A DNA stretch of 63,239 bases, counting the filler, from Octopus bimaculoides (taxonomy: Eukaryota), in NCBI RefSeq assembly GCF_001194135.2. It is 9 parts of 7 records of this genome, joined end to end, with 100 filler letters (N's around TTAATTAATTAA, not from the genome) between each part and the next. Parts side by side here need not be neighbours in the genome. Positions count along the whole stretch, not along the records: positions 61,403 to 63,239 come from NW_026347082.1; 8 more parts are not named here. One strand, written 5' to 3'. The position numbers and the translations under genes were made by a program. Shown in pieces: positions 62,757 to 63,239 of the stretch (positions within the stretch are counted from its first letter, which is position 1; every line of letters begins with the position of its first letter). The notes below the pieces were generated by a model that ran no database searches, was not told the DNA's origin, and saw only the letters and a program-made list of their open reading frames with translations.

Positions 62757-62882
62757 CGCCCGCAGAGGGACTCGAACCCGCGACCCTCAGATCACTTCTA
62801 AGGTTGACCTATANNNNNNNNNNGATCACTTCTAAGGTTGACCTATAAAAGTCTGATGCTCTACCGACTGAGCTATGCGAGC
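62757..62882 (-). tRNA. tRNA-Lys-TTT: tRNA-Lys (anticodon UUU) with a 19-nt intron between positions 37 and 38; split in this assembly by a 10-N gap with a duplicated 24-bp overlap
   Basis: After collapsing the overlap the minus strand reads GCTCGCA TA GCTC AGTCGGTA GAGC A TCAGA CTTTTA [TAGGTCAACCTTAGAAGTG] A TCTGA GGGTC GCGGG TTCGAGT CCCTC TGCGGGC G. Acceptor stem 7 bp (one U:G), D stem 4 bp, anticodon stem 5 bp, T stem with one C50.U64 mismatch; closely matches the metazoan Lys-TTT pattern. Confidence 0.9.
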
Positions 62883-63239
62883 GGACAGAAATTAGTGTCT
62901 CATATTATCTATAAAAGCAAATTGATAAAAAGTTTCTTATATATATATATCTTGGCTCCGTCAAACACACACGAACATTCCTCGTCTCGTTTCATTCCAG
63001 TTCGTGCTTCACAGCGTTCCATATACACATACTTTTTCACGTCTGACCGTATAGCCTTCTTTGTTTGTTTATTTCACTGTTTCGTTTTCCTGTCTTGTTT
63101 TCTGTCCGCCACTATATTCCTCCATGGAACAAATTTAATTTGTATCACTGGAAAGAGCCATTACAACGATGCGTCCTGCCTGAACTCTTCGAAACGCCAG
63201 TGTTATAATGGTGCCAGCTGATGAAGGAAATGTTCTCTA

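Noticed and set aside
63165-63239. Hammerhead-like words CGAAAC ... CTGATGA near the window end
   Set aside because: The order would need a type II fold, but there is no room for stem I, position 16.1 is C rather than U, and stem II does not pair.

Overview
Eukaryotic, AT-rich, microsatellite-saturated draft-genome sequence, most likely an octopod cephalopod (Octopus-type). That assignment is inference from repeat families I recognise and from the microsatellite load; no database search was run. The window is not one locus. Eight identical artificial linkers (44 N + TTAATTAATTAA + 44 N) join nine separate scaffolds: 1-4920, 5021-10475, 10576-17068, 17169-26933, 27034-40290, 40391-43714, 43815-47908, 48009-61302 and 61403-63239. 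Almost all ORFs in the supplied track are microsatellite or N-gap artefacts. Supportable content: (i) an intron-containing tRNA-Lys(UUU) gene at 62757-62882 (-), with a canonical 37/38 intron, anticodon-intron helix and Pol III terminator; (ii) about 25 copies of 4-5 tRNA-derived SINE families, several in close inverted pairs that could form dsRNA; (iii) fragments of RTE, Tx1/L1, RLE-type (R4/HERO-like) and Penelope-like retroelements; (iv) two non-autonomous DNA-transposon families with GG-starting TIRs and 8-bp TSDs (Merlin-like signature), one carrying internal TTAGGG repeats, plus a hAT end; (v) a few candidate host exons of unidentified genes and one candidate recursive splice site. No complete protein-coding gene, rRNA or CRISPR array is present. 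I did not find a clearly novel multi-gene system. The best leads are the Lys-UUU tRNA intron, the telomere-repeat-carrying TIR element and the inverted-repeat structures.
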